Made by a program: the position numbers and the translations under genes | The notes under the pieces: model-generated | What the model was told of the DNA's origin: nothing | Database searches by the model: none | Seen by the model: only the letters and a program-made list of their open reading frames with translations | Shown here: piece by piece, positions 34,580 to 46,529 of the stretch | How positions within the stretch are numbered: position 1 is the stretch's first letter | How the letters are laid out: each line of letters begins with the position of its first letter | Origin: Podarcis gaigeae | Taxonomy: Eukaryota | DNA: 64,000 nucleotides | Assembly: GCA_964106915.2 (NCBI GenBank) | Contig: OZ066925.1 | Direction: 5' to 3' (one strand)

Positions 34580-35087
34580 TGTCAGGCTTCAGGGAATTGG
34601 CTTCCTTCCCCGTGGCAGTAGATAAGAAGATCAAAGAAAGGAACGTCTTACCAGTTAGAAACTTTAATAATCACAGTGAGAGAACAAAGAACACATCTCC
34701 TAGAAATGGCGGTGCTCCCAATTAAGGATAACATCGCCTTCTGTCCCTATTAATCTACATCACTCCTACGTTTTGTCACCTGAGTTTTTTAATCTCTGTG
34801 CTTTCTGTTCTGAGACTTTCTGAGCTCTTTGTGACTCTGGGGAGACAGAGGAATGCTGTCCGATGACTGAATCTGTTAACCCTCTCTCTTCCAGTGTTTC
34901 TTCTCCTAGCTGTTCCCCACCCAGCATTTCCCAGCTTCTGCCTTCTGAACTATGTCCCTCTGCAAACCACTCTTCAAAATTTATACTGTCCTCCTGCTCC
35001 TGGGAAGATTCAGGAGCAGGAGCAGGGGGAGGGGGTGGCTCCCACCACCCTTCCTCAGTGCAGCTGTCCTCAGAACGGTCCCTGACA
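34580..35087 (-). mobile_element. Solo LTR of the same broad family
   Basis: TGTCAGG...CCTGACA, TSD GTACG/GTACA, similarity to the 21687 and 31541 copies. Confidence 0.7.
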
Positions 35088-35456
35088 GTACATCAGCTAG
35101 TAAGTCAGAGGAATAAGAGTGGGTGATGCACAAGGACAGGGTAAGCTGGCGCATCTTTTGGTTCCATGCTCTGGCGCGGCCAGAACACAGGAGCCAAAAC
35201 GGGACATTCATGATTGGGATCAGAAGCCAGGGCGGCTTCCTTAAATATGAGATAACTGGCTTAAAATGGGGCAGTTGTGTAGCATGCTTTCTACACGTCA
35301 CCCATTTCTCTGTTACTTGGGCCACATATAAATATCATGCACATTACAAGTTGCCTCATAGCCATACTACTGATGTATTGAGCCTCGTGCAGTCCATTGC
35401 AAATGAGAAGAGCTTCCTGAAGTGCAAGGCAAAGACTCTTTCCTGGCTCCATTAGC

Positions 35457-35925
35457 TGTCAGGGAAAGATCTGGATCAGAGAATGTATTATCAGGCAGAT
35501 CAGCTCCTCTTGGAAGAGGAGGGGGGAAGATTTGCCCTCCTTATCTCCAGTGGTTTCAAGAGCAGAGAGAGACACAGACACTCAGCCATTTCCACAGGAG
35601 TTGTCTAGTTACAAGATAGTGGAAGGAGAGAGAGAAGGGAGGGAGCAGCTAGCAGGGACATCATTGGAGAGCGTGGGGGACCCTCCCTCCCCAAGAACTA
35701 GGAGGTCTGTCTGTATTAGAGAACAGAGAATGCAGGGAGGAGGAGCTTCCCACTGGCACCCAGGATGTTGCTGGGGACGTAAGAGGGAGGGCTGAGAGTA
35801 GCCAACTACTCTCCTTGTGGAGAGGTGTGGATTTTTGCTTGCAACCAGATGACTGAATAAAAAGGACTATAAAATATTAACTGCTCATTATTCTCTTCTA
35901 TAGAGTGACTGAGGGGGAGGAGACA
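35457..35925 (+). mobile_element. Probable solo LTR
   Basis: Begins TGTCAGGG with internal AATAAAAAGGACT like the 31541 copy. 3' end uncertain (TTAGC/TTACC). Confidence 0.5.
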
Positions 35926-36364
35926 TTACCTGAGATTAACTGGAGTTGTCAGAGATTTTAGCTGGGACCTCTTGGATGCGATGCTGAGCTCAGGCCCCTC
36001 AGTGAAGGCTACATGAACATGCTCAGAGTGCCAGCAATGGGAAAAACCACTGACTCAGATCCTGAACAGACACTCCCAGTCCAATACTGGACAAAATGGG
36101 CAAAGAGTCTCCACACATCCTATAGCTGGGACAGGCCATAGATCAGATATTCACACCTTATACTTTATAACCCCTAGTACCATAAAATTTCTGGGGCCTC
36201 TATAAACCCATCTATCTGTCCCTCTATGTGTTTCCATAGGCTGTTTCCATTAATGCTCATTCCCCGAAGGTAGCCTCATGTGCAGAGGGATATGAGTGCA
36301 CATTGAAGCTTTCTGGCTGCTGAGTACAGTTCCCTATCCTTCACCTCTGTCCTGGGAATAGAAA

Positions 36365-36674
36365 GGGATGCGGGTGGCACTGTGGTCCCATTGCTCTGTC
36401 CCAGCTCCTGCCAACCTAGTAGTTCAAAAGCACACCAGAGCAAGCAGATAAATAGGTACTGCTGCAGCGGGAAGGTAAACAGTGTTTCTGTGCGCTCTGG
36501 TTTCCTTCACGGTGTTCCGTTGCACCAGAAGTGGTTTAGTCATGCTGGCCACATGACCTGGAAAGCTGTCTATGGACAAACGCCGGTTCCATTGGCCTGA
36601 AAGCGAGGTGAGTGCCGCAGCCCCATAGTTGCCTTTGACTGGACTTAACCATTTAGGGGTCTTTACCTTTACCT
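36365..36674 (+). mobile_element. Sauria SINE with internal deletion in the tRNA head
   Basis: GGGATGCGGGTGGCACTGTGG joins directly to the body, with ACCTTT tail. Confidence 0.85.
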
Positions 36675-37416
36675 GGGGATGGATAGCCCGATTGCCTCCT
36701 ACATCCATGTAAATCATGTGGGATCGTGTGGTTGATTTCCTAAATGAATCAGGACATCAGACATGATGGCCCTGCAGAATTTGTATGCACCTAGATGGCA
36801 TTTGGATGAACTGCCCACAGGGATGGCAAAGGCAGGGGTGGCGCACCATGCGGGCTGAAAGAAAAGCCACATGCATTTGCTCTTCTCTGGCAGAGATGAT
36901 TGAATCATGAGAACTTACTTACAACACACATACATCTGCAAATGCTACACGACGTGCCCTTTGTTATCCCGGGTGACTCTTTGGTTTTTAAAAATCCATG
37001 ACATTAGGAGAGTGCTCATGACCATTGTTGTCATTGGATTTTTGCGGGGAGAGGATATATATGTGACATTTTACTTTACATGCGCACATACACTCTGTCA
37101 CATAAACAGCTGCTTTGTTAGGGCAAAGGGACCATCAATTCCAGTGGGATTGTCGACGACCATCTGCCACTTAACTGTTTATTTTGCTGGCAGGGAACTC
37201 TGTCTATAGTTTCTAATCACTTTCATTGAATTTAGTGGTTCACAGCTTGCTGGCTTCATGTTGAAATATTAGTCACAAATCTCACACTAATTTTGCATTT
37301 ATTACTCATAATGCCGGGAAACGCAGAAAAAAACCCTGGCTCCACCATTCCCCTTTCCTATCAGGTTTTCCAACTTATATTCTTTATACTGGTGAGATTT
37401 AGGTTCAGGGACTTTG

Positions 37417-37787
37417 TTTTTTTTTTTTTAATAAAATTTTATTAGGGTTTTTTACAGAATAAAGTACAAAGACAATAAACAACCTTACTTTTATCTCAAC
37501 AGAGTTTCATAACTTCTTTGGACTTCCTCACATCTCCCACTGCCATTTTCATCATCATAAATTTTTTCCAAGCAATTTATCATCTAGTTTGCAAATTTTA
37601 TAACCGCTTATTTAAATATAGTCCTCTGAAAATTTGTTTCTCTTAGTCTCGCTTTACATCCCATTCCAATCCGATTTTGTGATGGCCAATTATTTATGAT
37701 CAAACATCCTACTTAACTTTCCACCAAATCACAATATTTTTGTAAATAAGTCTTAAATTTCCTCCAGTCTTCTTCAACCCTCTCTTC
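37417..37787 (-). mobile_element. 5'-truncated L1-like LINE
   Basis: Poly(A) tail (T-run 37417-37429) and 17-bp TSD TAGGTTCAGGGACTTTG at 37400-37416 and 37788-37804. Confidence 0.8.
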
Positions 37788-40639
37788 TAGGTTCAGGGAC
37801 TTTGAACTACACAGTGAGAGTAAGGGCTGAAGAGAGTTTCAGCAGTGTGTGCAAACACCTCCAACTGATTGCAGGGAATCCAATGATATGGACTCCAGCT
37901 CCCATCATTCCTGGCCATTTGCTGTGCTGGCTGTGGATGATGGGAGTTGTAGTCCAAAACATCTGGCGGGCACCCAATTGGCTACCTCTGGACTAAATGG
38001 TAGCAAAACAACCATTGCAAATATATTCGATCATAAGCTTTAAGAAGATACTATGAAAATAGGACCAGCTGCTCACACTGCCCTAAATCCAGTGCTGCCC
38101 ATCTTGCACATAGTCTGCTCCCAAAAGGATCATGGTGGGCAGAGAGGAATCTACTTCTGAAGATCCTTTTCCTCCAGTGATCTTCAGCAGTGGGTTACTG
38201 TTTGTTCCTCCTACCTCACACTGACCAGCCATTTTTAGACTGTGGCTTTTTTACATATCCATTTTGGAATCAACCCAGACATCAACACCTCTGCTGATTT
38301 CAGTAAGCGACTGAGATTCGTTCTTAAGAGCCTATGAAGAGCTCTGCTGAATCAGACCAAAAGTTCATTCAGCTCAGCATCGTATTCTCACAGTGTCCTT
38401 TTATATGTTGCTGTCCAGCCGGTCATGGCTGTGAACCAATGCCTGGCCGGCCAGCAAGAAACTCCCCCACACCCTGGGCTCTGATTGGCCCGTTTGAACC
38501 CAGCACACCAGCCAGGAAGTCACACTTCCCCATGGCTGCAGCACCTGAAGGGAATTCCCCATCGGCCAGCGACCCTGAGGGTCCAGCTGCTGGGAAGGAG
38601 GTGGAGAGTAAGGGTCCACAACTGAGGGTCTACCGGGGAAGCAGTGAGCATCAGTTCTCAAAGTGTCCAACCTCATAAATATGGGAAACCATGTTTTTAG
38701 AAATAAGTTAAGATACTTCCCAGTTTTGTAGGGGGAGCTCAACTTATTTCTGTGCCAGTCTGATGCAAGCCTGCGTTTGTGGCTGCAGTGTGCCATGTGC
38801 TTGTGCTAATATCGCAGGCACCTTCTTAGACATTCCTTCAAAACCAGTAAATGGTGAGCTGCACATTGCTGTCTTATGCAAGCATCATTTTGTAAATTTC
38901 TAAGTTTTCAGTTTTTTAACAACAGCAGCAGCAACAACAAAATCTTCATTTGTGTGCTTGCTCCTTTGCTGCGCTGCTTTTAGTTTTCAGCAGACTTGCA
39001 ATTCAACCACATGGGGGCATGAGATGTTTGCTTAAGAAATTTTCGGAGGCCCTGGAGCATCACACACAGACTGAGGTTTTTTTCTGGGAAATGGAGGTTA
39101 GGTTACTACCTAGTGTTTGCTAACTTGCCTACAAATTATGTATGACTGAAAACTATTGCAAAACGGGCCTTGTGTGAAATAAATCTAAACTCAATTACAA
39201 AATATAGCTTTGTTTGGGAGAGGAAATGTAGAAAACTCCACTTAATCTATCTGGTTCCTAAATACCAGAGCTGAATTTTTCATCATTCATATACAGAGAG
39301 TGTTCCAAAAAGATATTCAACATAAAAAAATAATAATACAGACTTGTCTGTATTTAACCTTTGCATTTTCATCTTCTGCTTAATTTTATTCTATGCTTAT
39401 ATCACTACAATTTTAAAGAGATGATTTAATTGAGCTCAGTTATTCATAACATTTTCCTGATGTGAAAAAGATTATACTTGCTCATGCAATTTCTATTACA
39501 CTAGCTAAAGTTAATTATTAATTTTAATTGACTTGGAAGAATCCTAATGTTATGCTCTCATAACTGAACCCATTTTTCTGGTTGCACTTTGCTCCTCTTT
39601 AGGGTACTGCGTCTTGCATTTTGACAGGGCTGTCCTGTAAGACCAGAAAGATAGGAAAAATAGCCTTTTAATTAGCTATACGGTTTAATTTGAAATGCAG
39701 TATTGCTTTGTACTTTGTTTTTGTGGGAAAAAAAATACATGTACATGTGTCCCCCTGGGGAGAAAGATGACTGAACCTATTTATCTACTTTGGCAGATGA
39801 GGGTATGTGATTAGATTGGTTTGGTTTGCTTCCTACCTAAATTTGTTCATTTATTGTTTTGGCTGACCTTTCTTAATTTGAAAAAGCACAAACTGTTTTC
39901 ACAAACATTTCAATCTCTTTAGAAAAAGACCAAGTTATCCTTTTAAGAATTCCTAATTGAAGGGCTCACGTTCAATGCGCTCAGATTTAGGACCAAGCTA
40001 CACATGACATGTTCTGTTCTGTTATTGTGTTTTGTTTTGTTTTTACAACTTTTTCTGCAGAAAGCAGCTGTGGGAATCTTCAGGTTTGGGCATGATACAC
40101 GGTCACCATATCTTTCCTCCCCAGTGGAAAAACAGCTGGGGAATGGAAACAAAAATGTTAAATGACACATCCCCTCGCTGGGTCCTCTACTCAACCTGAA
40201 TCTACCCAGGGTTGCTTTGCGTGAAAAAAATAGCCAGGGGGAAAAAAACTATGGCTGTTTCCAGATGACCTGCTTATTTTGAACATTCGTCCTGATTTAT
40301 TTGCACAAAGATTTTGGATCTTAATTGTGCAAGCTGTTTGTATGCGTATGTGATTGAATTCCGCATGAAAATCGTGACGGTCTGAAAGTGCCCTAAATGT
40401 CAGGGAATGCTGGCTGGTGTGCAAAAAAGTTAAGGGGAAAAAATGTAGAGTCTAGCTTATAATGATGAAAATGAAAATGAAATCTAAATGTGCATTACCA
40501 TCTCTCTTGTAAAACTCTTGTAAGTGGCAAGTGTGACCTTCCTGTTTCTGTTAAAAGACTCCAAAACTAACCAGCCAATTTATACAAGCAGGATTCTTTT
40601 TTGAAGCCCATAACATGTAGGCAATAATTTTATCATTTG

Positions 40640-40864
40640 AAACGTAAGGTCGGCCAGCAGGGGGATACTGTAGATAGTTATGCAAATAAGGGCTTGAAAG
40701 TGACGTTCAGTGATTGGATAGTTTTAGAAAATTGTTACAGTTACGTTGTACTATATAAGCAGGCTGACTGAACCCTTCAGTTCAGTTCTGTTCTGGCCTG
40801 TGAATAAACAAGAGCTCTTTGAAGAATCGCTGTTTCGTCTGATATATTCACCCACAACTTAACA
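40640..40864 (+). mobile_element. LTR fragment or solo LTR with intact promoter motifs
   Basis: ATGCAAAT, TGACG, ATTGG, TATATAA and AATAAA in order, ending ACTTAACA. 5' boundary uncertain. Confidence 0.65.
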
Positions 40865-43089
40865 GGTGTGTACCTCCAGCCCATACTGGTGCTCAGAAGT
40901 ACATCCAAAGACTTGAAATTGCCACTCCCAACTCTAATATAGCCTGGGCAAACTCGCCCATCTGTTGTGACATCAGAGCAAATCAGGTGCTTTTATGCAG
41001 GATAGGATACAGCAGTGCTCCTTATCCTCATTGCCATAAATGACAACATTATTGGCAATGCATTTACTTTTAGCAGTATACAGTCAACAGTACAGTGATC
41101 GGGGCCCAAACTGGCCATGTTTGTTCCACGTACTTCTTGGCAATAAGCAATTTGCCTGTAAACTATCATCTCATTTGCAGTGTCTGAAAATTATAGTGCA
41201 ATGAACACAGTTTTAGAGCTTGTTTGTGCTCCGCTAATGCACTGAATGTACTTGAATTCTAGGATTTATATAACATTTTATGGAATGCTATTAAACCAGC
41301 TTGTTGTTGATAACCATTGTAACATTTACAATGTTTTACAGCAATAGCGAAATCATTATTCCCGGTTGTGTTCTTCAGAGATCGTATGCTGTGTATCAGT
41401 GTAGAGAAAACAAAATTAAACATTGCTGGCTTTTCCATCGTGGAACTGTTTAACAAGAGTAATTCAACTTTTGTATTAAGAACCAGTGTACATTGGGAAA
41501 GGATTCCTCTGAGTTTGTTACTCCCTCCTTCACTTGCAGCCTTATCTTATGGGTTTACTTACAGGCAAGGACCCTTCCAGACGTCTGTTTTATTGTGCAT
41601 TCATGATGATTTGTGCTCACGGTGGTATTCAGTGCTTTATTTTTAGGGGAAAAGGAGTAAGTACTCACCATGAAGTTGTTACAGTAAAGTGCCACACTTT
41701 CAACATTTGAAAAGCTGTCGGTACTGCGTAACCTTGAGTATCTCTAGGGGGGAAAAGAACACTGATTGTATTGAACAGTTATATGTGATCCACTTTCAAT
41801 AAGGTTTGGCTCTGAAAAAAATTCAGGACAGACATACTGCTTCATTGTCAGTTGCTGAATGTCCCATAACTTACCACTGGAACCCTGCAACTTTTAATAG
41901 AGCAGATGTTTGAGGTGTGTTGGTTGCCCTGTTTTTGTTGCGCTATAGCACAGAGGGTGCCTCCAGACAGCAATAATGAAGTAACGCTTAGGGAAGCATC
42001 ATAGAAGATGAACGATACATGAATAAAAATCCATCACTGATGCCCTATTAAACCAGAATCGAGGACATTTTACCTCTGGAAAAACCCATCCATCTGGAGG
42101 GGCCCTAATTCCGAGTGTATTCAGTGGGACTTACTCTGAAGTAAACTTGCACAGGATTGCATCGTTAGTGCTCCAGTCTTCTGGAGAGGTGCCCTTTTGT
42201 TCCAGGCTTCAGAATTCACTGAAAACCAGGAATTATTTTCCTAAAGACATCTGGCGCTTTCTTTCAAAGCTGACACATGCTTTCATCTAGACAAGTAAGG
42301 TGATCTTAAGGTTTGGATCAAAGTCTATCTCACAGTTAATTGGTGTTAGTGAGGTAGGTTTGACAGACTCGTGACACACGGCTCTGGAGTGCCTGACTCT
42401 ATTAGGGCCTGTCTGTTCTGACCCAGTCAGCTCAAACACATCAGCATTCTCTCATCTGACTTCTCCTCTGGGGACGGGCATCGGGGTTTACCAGCTTTTG
42501 TTGTATATTCTCCATCGCTATTCATGCCAAGGAGTGAAGCAAAGGCAATTACACAGAGGTGCGTGTGGTGAACAGGGCTGCTTGTTGCTTTAAAAATTAT
42601 TATTTAAGAAACCCCACAAGAAACAACAAGGCAAATGAAAGAGAAAGGGAGATGTGAAAGAAGACGAGAAAGAGGGAACCAGCAGCAACAAAATTCAGCG
42701 TTTCTGTTTATTGCTGAAGTTTGCCCCCATTTTTCCACCCTCAATATTTCCATGCTCAGACCTCAATGGGCAATGTGTGGAGTTTCCCCCTCTTTCAGTT
42801 TCAGCCCCACCCCAAAAAATATTATTTGCACCTCTGTAAATCTTGGCTTCCCCACAAACCTGCTGACACCTTACCCTTGTGCATGGGTGCTACTGTTTGG
42901 CAATGGCCTCCACAGCTTGAATACTAGAATTAGAGCGAATAAGATTTCCATATCTTCACCGGAGCTTTTCCTGAATTAACTTGCTCTGTTGGTGGCAAAC
43001 CAGCTATTTGGGAAAACATCAAATTTAAAAAACCCTGCAGAAAGCTGTGCACTTTTGTCGTACTTTCAAGTTCTGTGCATAATCTAAGA

Positions 43090-43385
43090 GACCAACTAGA
43101 TCCGTTGGCTAGACCATGTTGCTGGTATTGCCAGGGTTGCAGGTTCGATCCCCGTAAGGAACAGCTGCACATTCCTGGATTACAGGGGGTTGGACTAGAT
43201 CAAGGTTTCCCAACCTCAGGTCTCCAGCTGTTTTTGGACTACAACTCCCATCATCCCTAGCTAGCGGGTCCAGTGGCCAGGGATGATGGGGATTGTAGTC
43301 GAAAAACAGCTGGAGACCTAAGGTTGGGAAACCTTGGGCTAGATGATCCCCAGGGTCTCTTCCAACTCTGATTCTATGACCTGAC
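43090..43385 (+). mobile_element. tRNA-head/CR1-tail SINE (Squam2-like) interrupted by a hAT MITE at 43201-43336
   Basis: B box GGTTCGATCCCC and CR1 tail. MITE TIRs CAAGGTTTCCCAACCT / AGGTTGGGAAACCTTG with TSD GACTAGAT/GGCTAGAT. Confidence 0.8.
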
Positions 43386-43567
43386 TCTATGCTATTTTAA
43401 AGCTGAAAAGTAGCTGATACCTGCCACTCACTGCCCTAAAATGAGGATATGGCATGGGAGGGAGGATGGGGTTAAACTGAGGGATATCTAATGGCTGATT
43501 AATGTTACAATCTTATAAAAACTTACCTAGTTCCACTTCACCCATTAAAAACAGTAGGACTTCTGAG

Positions 43568-43979
43568 TAGGGATGGAGGTGAAATTCGACTCAGTTCTTC
43601 TTTAAACGTCTGCACTTCCCAAATCAAGATCTGAACCGAAGCACAGCCATCCTTCACAATTTGCACTTCTTTGAATTTTGTAGAAAACCTTTCCAGCCAT
43701 GTGTGTAATATTTGAAAATTGCACGTAGTGGGGCAATGTGTGCCTAAAATTGCATATATTAGTAAATATAATACAAAAATGCATTTTATTTGGGAAATTG
43801 CATACAAATCTGTATAGTTGAGTAGAATTTCAAACCAAAATGTTGGTGAATTTTCACGAGGACTTTTTATTTTTTAAAAAACACACACACAAGTGATATG
43901 GAAAGGTAGAGCACGCAACTTTAGAGTGGAAATGCTAGAAACTAAGAGAAACTGAAATGGACACACTCGTCCATCCCTC
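43568..43979. mobile_element. Old hAT-like MITE (TAGGGATGG...CCATCCCT)
   Basis: Inverted termini and near-TSD CTTCTGAG/CTTTTGAG. Related relics near 29960 and 58475. Confidence 0.55.
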
Positions 43980-44453
43980 CTTTTGAGTACGTAAACATGC
44001 CTTGAACTGGACTACAAAGCATTTCTTGTACCCCTGCCCCTCACTACTAATCTTCATGTGAAAGGCAAGTCAGATGAGACCTGCGAGGTCCATGCTCAGG
44101 TCTTCTGAATCTGGTCATTGCTGCAGCAATGGGGGAGAGTTGTCCTCCCCCCTTTGTCATTTTGCTGATTGTTAAGTCCTTGCTCTCCCCTGAAACTGTT
44201 CCTGTTGATCTTGATTTGTTGGGTTTTGTATCTTAGTTTGTTTTGGTGTTGGGGAGGATCTTAACTTTCGAGCCAATATGGTTTCTCTTCCTTGTTTATT
44301 TTAATTTACTTTAAAAGCTAACAAGCCAATAGAAGCCTTGCTTTCAATACTGTATTGTTCCTGATGTAGCATTGTTCACACCGGGGCATTTTGTTCACGA
44401 AATACAGCTGGGAATACAAACTGTTTGAAGTGGTTGCAAGGCTTCTTTTGTAA

Positions 44454-44503
<50 letters not shown>
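44454..44503 (+). repeat. (AAAG)n microsatellite
   Basis: Direct reading. Confidence 0.95.
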
Positions 44504-44504
<1 letters not shown>

Positions 44505-46289
44505 CACTCCAGCCACATATTTAAAGGTGAGTCCATCCTTAGGAAATTCTTAAAAATCAACCACCCACTCTGCAAGTCACTCAATACTTCCCTCCACACA
44601 CACACACACACTTTTGCAGGGGACCAATAAAAGATTGTGTGTGTGGTGTTTGGCACCCTTTAACTCTGCATGCTGTTTTCTTTTTTGGGGTGCCCAGCTT
44701 TTCGTCCATGAAAATGCCACGGAGAGATGAAAATATGGTACCCAAATGGCAATGACTGACAGACAACTAGAGGATTGATTCCTGTGGCTGCCGTCAGACT
44801 TAATGCTAACTTAATGCACACAATTTCACACCCCCTCTTGTGAAAATGTTTGCATAATCCACAGTTTGATGGCTTGCAAAACTGTTTTGGATCATCTACC
44901 TCGGACTGTTCCATTGTGGGGGCGATGCTTCTATTTTTACTTGTGGCAGCAGCGTTTTCTTTTCCACATTCCATTAACTTTTCAACAAAGTTTTTTGGGG
45001 GTGCTGGGAGGGGGCACAATATGGCAAAAATGCTTAACATTTAGAAAATAGTCAAGCAATGCCGATGGCAGACTGCTTTCCACATTGTCAGATATATCAG
45101 GGGAGACGGCAATCAGTGAGTCCGTTGTTAGATTACATGCATAAACCCCAAATGTTCCACACCAGCGATGGCTTTTTAACATGCCTAAGCTCCGAGGGCT
45201 GATTCAAAGAGACTTTGATGGAATAACCAGAGTTTATGCATTAGACTTGAAAGGCATTTGAATATATTCCACTTCAGTGTTTTAGCTCTGGCACATCCAA
45301 GATTTACTTCTAACCCTCTTTCAAGAAAATTGAAACTGTTTTACATAGCTTTTCAAGTACTTCCAGAGAAATGCCACTGGAAAAAGTAGACATTTGGTTA
45401 TACAATCTTAATAACTTCTTTGATTATTCAAATTTTAAGTTATAACCTCGGGCAAGCTTTTTATTTTAAATCCAGCAATACTCTCTGGGTGAAAAAAGAG
45501 AAAGAAATCAGATATATAGTGGGAAAGACTTATTTACCAACATGAAAGATATAACATTTTTATGGTACCTTCTGAGTTTTAAGGAAAAACTCAATGCTTT
45601 ATCCATTGTTTCATATATCCCAGTACATTTCCTTCTTTGGAAGACTTCTCATTTTACATTTTGCTTGAATAAATAGAAGCACTATTATATAAATCTGCCA
45701 AAGTATCATTCACTTGATCAGCTTGCCTACTGCCTAAGGTTGGTGGAGATGCTCTTCTCTGTGCAGACAAGGTTGGTGGGGACCCAAGATAGGGTCTTTT
45801 CTGTGGCTGACCCCAAATTGTGGAACACTACACCCCATTAAGCTTAGGCAGACCTCTCTCTAGCCATTTTTGGCCCCTTAAGAAAGACTTTTAAAATTCT
45901 GACAGTTATCAACCTTGCTGGTCAGATCATGTTTATCTGAAGACAACGCTTCTTTAAAAATGTGTTATGCTTGCCTCTTGTATCTCATTTCGATGCTGAT
46001 TTACTGTGAGGGTGTGGTTTAAATTGCTGTAAGATATCGTGCCTAATGGTGTTTGTTTGTTGGTTTAATAATGTCTAAATAAATAAAGGGATACCATGTG
46101 CAAATGCTTCATTTTTAACTGCATGTGCCATGAATTAAGGAACCAGGGAGGATCATGGCTTCACGCCACATAGGGGAACCAAATAACTAATAGCAGAAGA
46201 AAAATAGCCTGCTTGGGCTGTTCCCTTATGCAAGATTCTGTGGAAGAGTTCGTTCCTGCAAGGTTGTTCAAGATAGACATATCTGTGTA

Positions 46290-46529
46290 CAGTCTACCTT
46301 GGGTCCTGAACGCTCTGGAACTCAGATGTTTTGGCTCCCAAACGCTGCAAACCCAGAAATGAGTGTTAAGGTTTGCGAACGTTCTTTGGAACCCGGACAT
46401 CCGATGGGGCTTCCGTAGCTTCTGATTGGCTGCAGGAGCTTCCTGCAGCCAATCAGAAGCTGCGATTTGGTTTTTGAACGTTTTGGAAGTCAAATGGACT
46501 GATTCTGTTCAACTTCATAGGTATGACTG
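46290..46529. mobile_element. Tigger-like MITE related to 4121-4742
   Basis: CAGTC...GACTG termini, TA TSD, shared CCAATCAGAAGCTG body. Confidence 0.75.
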
